Position numbers and translations under genes: made by a program. Shown here piece by piece: positions 9,193 to 11,796 of a stretch of 11,796 nt of DNA. Numbering within the stretch: the first letter of the stretch is position 1; each line of letters starts with the position of its first letter. The stretch comes from Octopus sinensis. Its lineage: Eukaryota. The stretch lies in assembly GCF_006345805.1 (NCBI RefSeq), contig NW_021826768.1, positions 1 to 11,796 of the forward strand, read 5' to 3'. The notes beneath the pieces were generated by a model. The model did no database searches. It was given only the letters and a program-made list of their open reading frames with translations, and had not been told where the DNA came from.

Positions 9193-9646
9193 TCTCTTTA
9201 CTCTCTACGCTTTTACTCGTTTCAGTCATTTGACTGCGGTCATGCTGGAGCACCCCCTTTAGTCGAGCAAATCGACCCCGGGACTTATTCTGTGGATGCC
9301 TAGTACTTATTCTATCGGTCTCCTATTGGCGAACCGCTAAGTTACGGGGACGTAACGCACACCACCAACATATAAACATATAAACACACATAAATATACA
9401 TATATATACATATATACGACGGGCTTCATTCAGTTTCCATCTACCAAATCCACTCACAGGGCTTTGGTCGGCCCGAGGCTATAGTAGAAGACTATAGAAG
9501 ACTATAGTAGTAGTAGAAGACTATATAGAAGACTGTAGTAGAAGACTATAGCCCGAGGCTATAGTAGACGGTGCCACGCAGTGGGAATGAACCCGGAATC
9601 ATGTGGCTGTTAAACGAACTACCTACCACATAGCCACTCCTGCGTC
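9193..9646 (-). mobile_element. SINE family A, copy 3 (internal tandem expansion)
   Basis: The plus strand reads TTTCAGTCATTTGACTGCGG...CCACATAGCCACTCCTGCGTC, the reverse complement of the copy 1 tail and head. TAGAAGAC-containing units are amplified at about 9479-9570. Confidence 0.9.
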
Positions 9647-9669
9647 TGTTTCAATTTTTTTTTTTTTTG

Positions 9670-9800
9670 TACAAGGATTGTAAATTTAGATCGTAGGGGT
9701 TAATTGATTACTTCGACCCCAGCACTGGACTGGTACTTCATTTTCTCTGAACGGATGAAAGGCAATCTTGACCTCGGCAGCATTTAAACTCAGAATGTAA
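9670..9800 (-). mobile_element. SINE family B, 5'-truncated copy
   Basis: The reverse complement TTACATTCTGAGTTTAAATGCTGCCGAGGTCAAGATTGCCTTTCATCCG matches TTACGTTCTGAATTCAAATTCCTCCGAGGTCGACTTTGCTTATCATCC at 3844-3891. Confidence 0.82.
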
Positions 9801-9837
9801 TTTTTTTATGCTCAAGTTTGAATTTTTTATTTTTTGG

Positions 9838-10047
9838 TTCAAGCTTGAAATTTCTGTGGTACTGGGGGCCGGGGGTTGTAGATTCCCCCCAGTACTGAGC
9901 TGAAGTATTTAAAAGAAAAAAATCGATTCCCAAATGATGAAAGGCTGAGTCGACTCCCAGTAGAGTTTGACCTCAGAACGTACAGACAGACGACAAGCCA
10001 CTAAGCATTTTTGTCCGGCGTGCTAACGATTCTACCAGTTCACTACC
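9838..10047 (-). mobile_element. SINE family B, near-full-length copy
   Basis: The reverse complement begins GGTAGTGAACTGGTAGAATCGTTAGCACGCCGGACAAAAATGCTTAG, matching the head at 3781-3826. Confidence 0.86.
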
Positions 10048-10052
10048 TTCAT

Positions 10053-10053
10053 A

Positions 10054-10085
<32 letters not shown>

Positions 10086-10243
10086 GAAGAAGAAGAAGAA
10101 GAAGAAGAAGAAGAAGAAGAAGAAGAAGAAGAAGAAGAAGAAGAAGAAGAAGAAGAAGAAGAAGAAGAAAATGATGATGATGGTGGTGGTGGTGGTGGAG
10201 GTGACGACGACGACGACGATGATGATGATGATGATGATGACGA
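10053..10243. repeat. compound trinucleotide array GAT/(GAA)29/GAT/GGT/GAC/GAT
   Basis: Pure GAA run at 10083-10169, with flanking blocks read directly from the sequence. Confidence 0.97.
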
Positions 10244-10509
10244 CAAAATACAGGTTGGATAATGTAGTCCTATTCCGCACATTGCCATAACGAAAACGAT
10301 TTGGTGGTGAAATCCGAAATGCATTTGCTAAGCGCAGCTCAATCAAGTCTGAACTCAAGCAAGGCAAGAAAAACAACAGCTGGGAGCAACTTAAGATTCC
10401 CAGCCCCACCTCCAGCACCAGTCCCAATGAGAATCTTAGCAGTAGCACTACCACCACCTCTATTTCAACCATGACTTTTGTGCAGTAGTTTGTATAGTAT
10501 TCCAATTAT

Positions 10510-10637
10510 TTATATATATATATATATATATATTTCACATATACGTGCACGCATACGTATACACATAGATACTCCATTATATATATATATACACATATAC
10601 GTGCATACCCAGATATTCCATATATATATATATATAT

Positions 10638-10668
<31 letters not shown>

Positions 10669-10870
10669 CTTTATTTAAAGCATCAGAAATTGAACAAAAC
10701 CTGTTACTCTGAGTTTCCCCTTGCCGTTCACGGACATCTTTTGCTAGCAAAATATATATATATATAACATATACGAGCACACATACGTACACACATAGAT
10801 ACATGCATACATACAAATACACACACATTTATACACATACGTGCTCACATATATTTTCACACACACACAC
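10510..10870. repeat. (TA)n/(TACA)n/(CA)n compound microsatellites
   Basis: Two blocks, about 10510-10670 and 10750-10870. Confidence 0.88.
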
Positions 10871-11079
10871 AGGCGCGCGAGCTCGAAAATGAAGGTACAA
10901 CACACGAAGAACATTTCGTAAATAATTAAACTTAGACGAAAACACACACATGATGGTCACAGATGGACCACCATGATGAGATGCTCTACTAACCCTGAAT
11001 CTGGACAAACACGGGACCGTACATAAGCCCTAAACAACCAGTTTCGTCTTGGTCTGCATCGCTTAAACCAAGCTCACAA

Positions 11080-11225
11080 TCACCACCACTACTACCACCA
11101 CCACCACCACGACTATCATCCATCAACCACTTAACCCCTACTACCATTAAGAAGGGGACCAAAAACGATTACGTCCATTATCACCTATACTCCCACCATC
11201 ATCCCCCCACCCCCACCACCACCAG
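11080..11225. repeat. degenerate (ACC/ACT/ATC)n tract
   Basis: Read directly from the sequence. Confidence 0.75.
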
Positions 11226-11319
11226 TAGCCAGTTGTGTTACACTTGAGTCATACACAAGGAATGTAAACCAGAGAGTTTGTGTATTGCTGTATGACTGTG
11301 TTTAATCAATGGCGATATG

Positions 11320-11721
11320 TACTCTTTTACTCTTTTACTGGTTTCAGTCATTTGACTGCGGCCATGCTGGAGCAACGCCTTTAGTCGAGCAAATCGACCC
11401 CGGGACTTAAACTTTGTAAGCCCAGTACTTATTGCATCGGTCTCTTTTGCCGAACCGCTAAGTGACGGGGACGTAAACACACCAGCATCGGTTGTCAAGC
11501 AATACTAGAGGGACAAACACAGACACACAAACATATACATACACATACATATATATATATATATACATATATACGACAGGCTTCTTTCAGTTTCCGTCTA
11601 CCAAATCCACTCACAAGGGCTTTGGTCGGCTCGAAGCTATAGAAGAAGACACTTGCCCAAGATGCCACGCAGTGGGACTGAAGCTGGAACCATGTGGTTG
11701 GTTAGCAAGCTCCTTACCACA
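11320..11721 (-). mobile_element. SINE family A, copy 4 (best-preserved body, head end missing)
   Basis: Tail (TACTCTTT)2, hairpin CAGTCATTTGACTG (11345-11358), and a continuous body to GCAAGCTCCTTACCACA. It aligns to copies 1-3. Confidence 0.92.
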
Positions 11722-11796
11722 TTTATACATTTGTGTATAAAGAGAGAATGTACCGCGTGTTATATAGATCACTGCTTAATCACATCTGACCAGCAA

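Noticed and set aside
10011-10262. Acidic poly-D/E ORF as a real protein
   Set aside because: It starts at a TTG inside a SINE and consists almost entirely of triplet repeats.
52-11740. The roughly 50 ORFs in the supplied track as genes
   Set aside because: Most are translations of microsatellites (YVCM, HTYI, poly-I/D/E) or run through SINEs. None shows a recognisable domain.

Overview
This is eukaryotic non-coding DNA (intronic or intergenic), dense in microsatellites and short retroposons. The SINE families and repeat density match my recollection of Octopus genomes; this assignment is recalled, not searched. I find no supportable intact protein-coding gene, and most ORFs in the track are translated simple repeats. 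Supported content: four copies of tRNA-headed SINE family A, up to four loci of SINE family B (one dimeric), two copies of family C, and a decayed non-LTR retrotransposon RT fragment on the minus strand (GIFQGDSLSPLLF...INHLFFIDD, R4/Dong-like) that the ORF track misses. The best leads are a degenerate minimal hammerhead-ribozyme motif, a SINE apparently inserted into a (TATG)n array with a 23-bp target-site duplication, oppositely oriented SINEs that could form dsRNA, and recurrent rearrangement at one SINE-internal site. I see no convincing evidence of a wholly new biological system.
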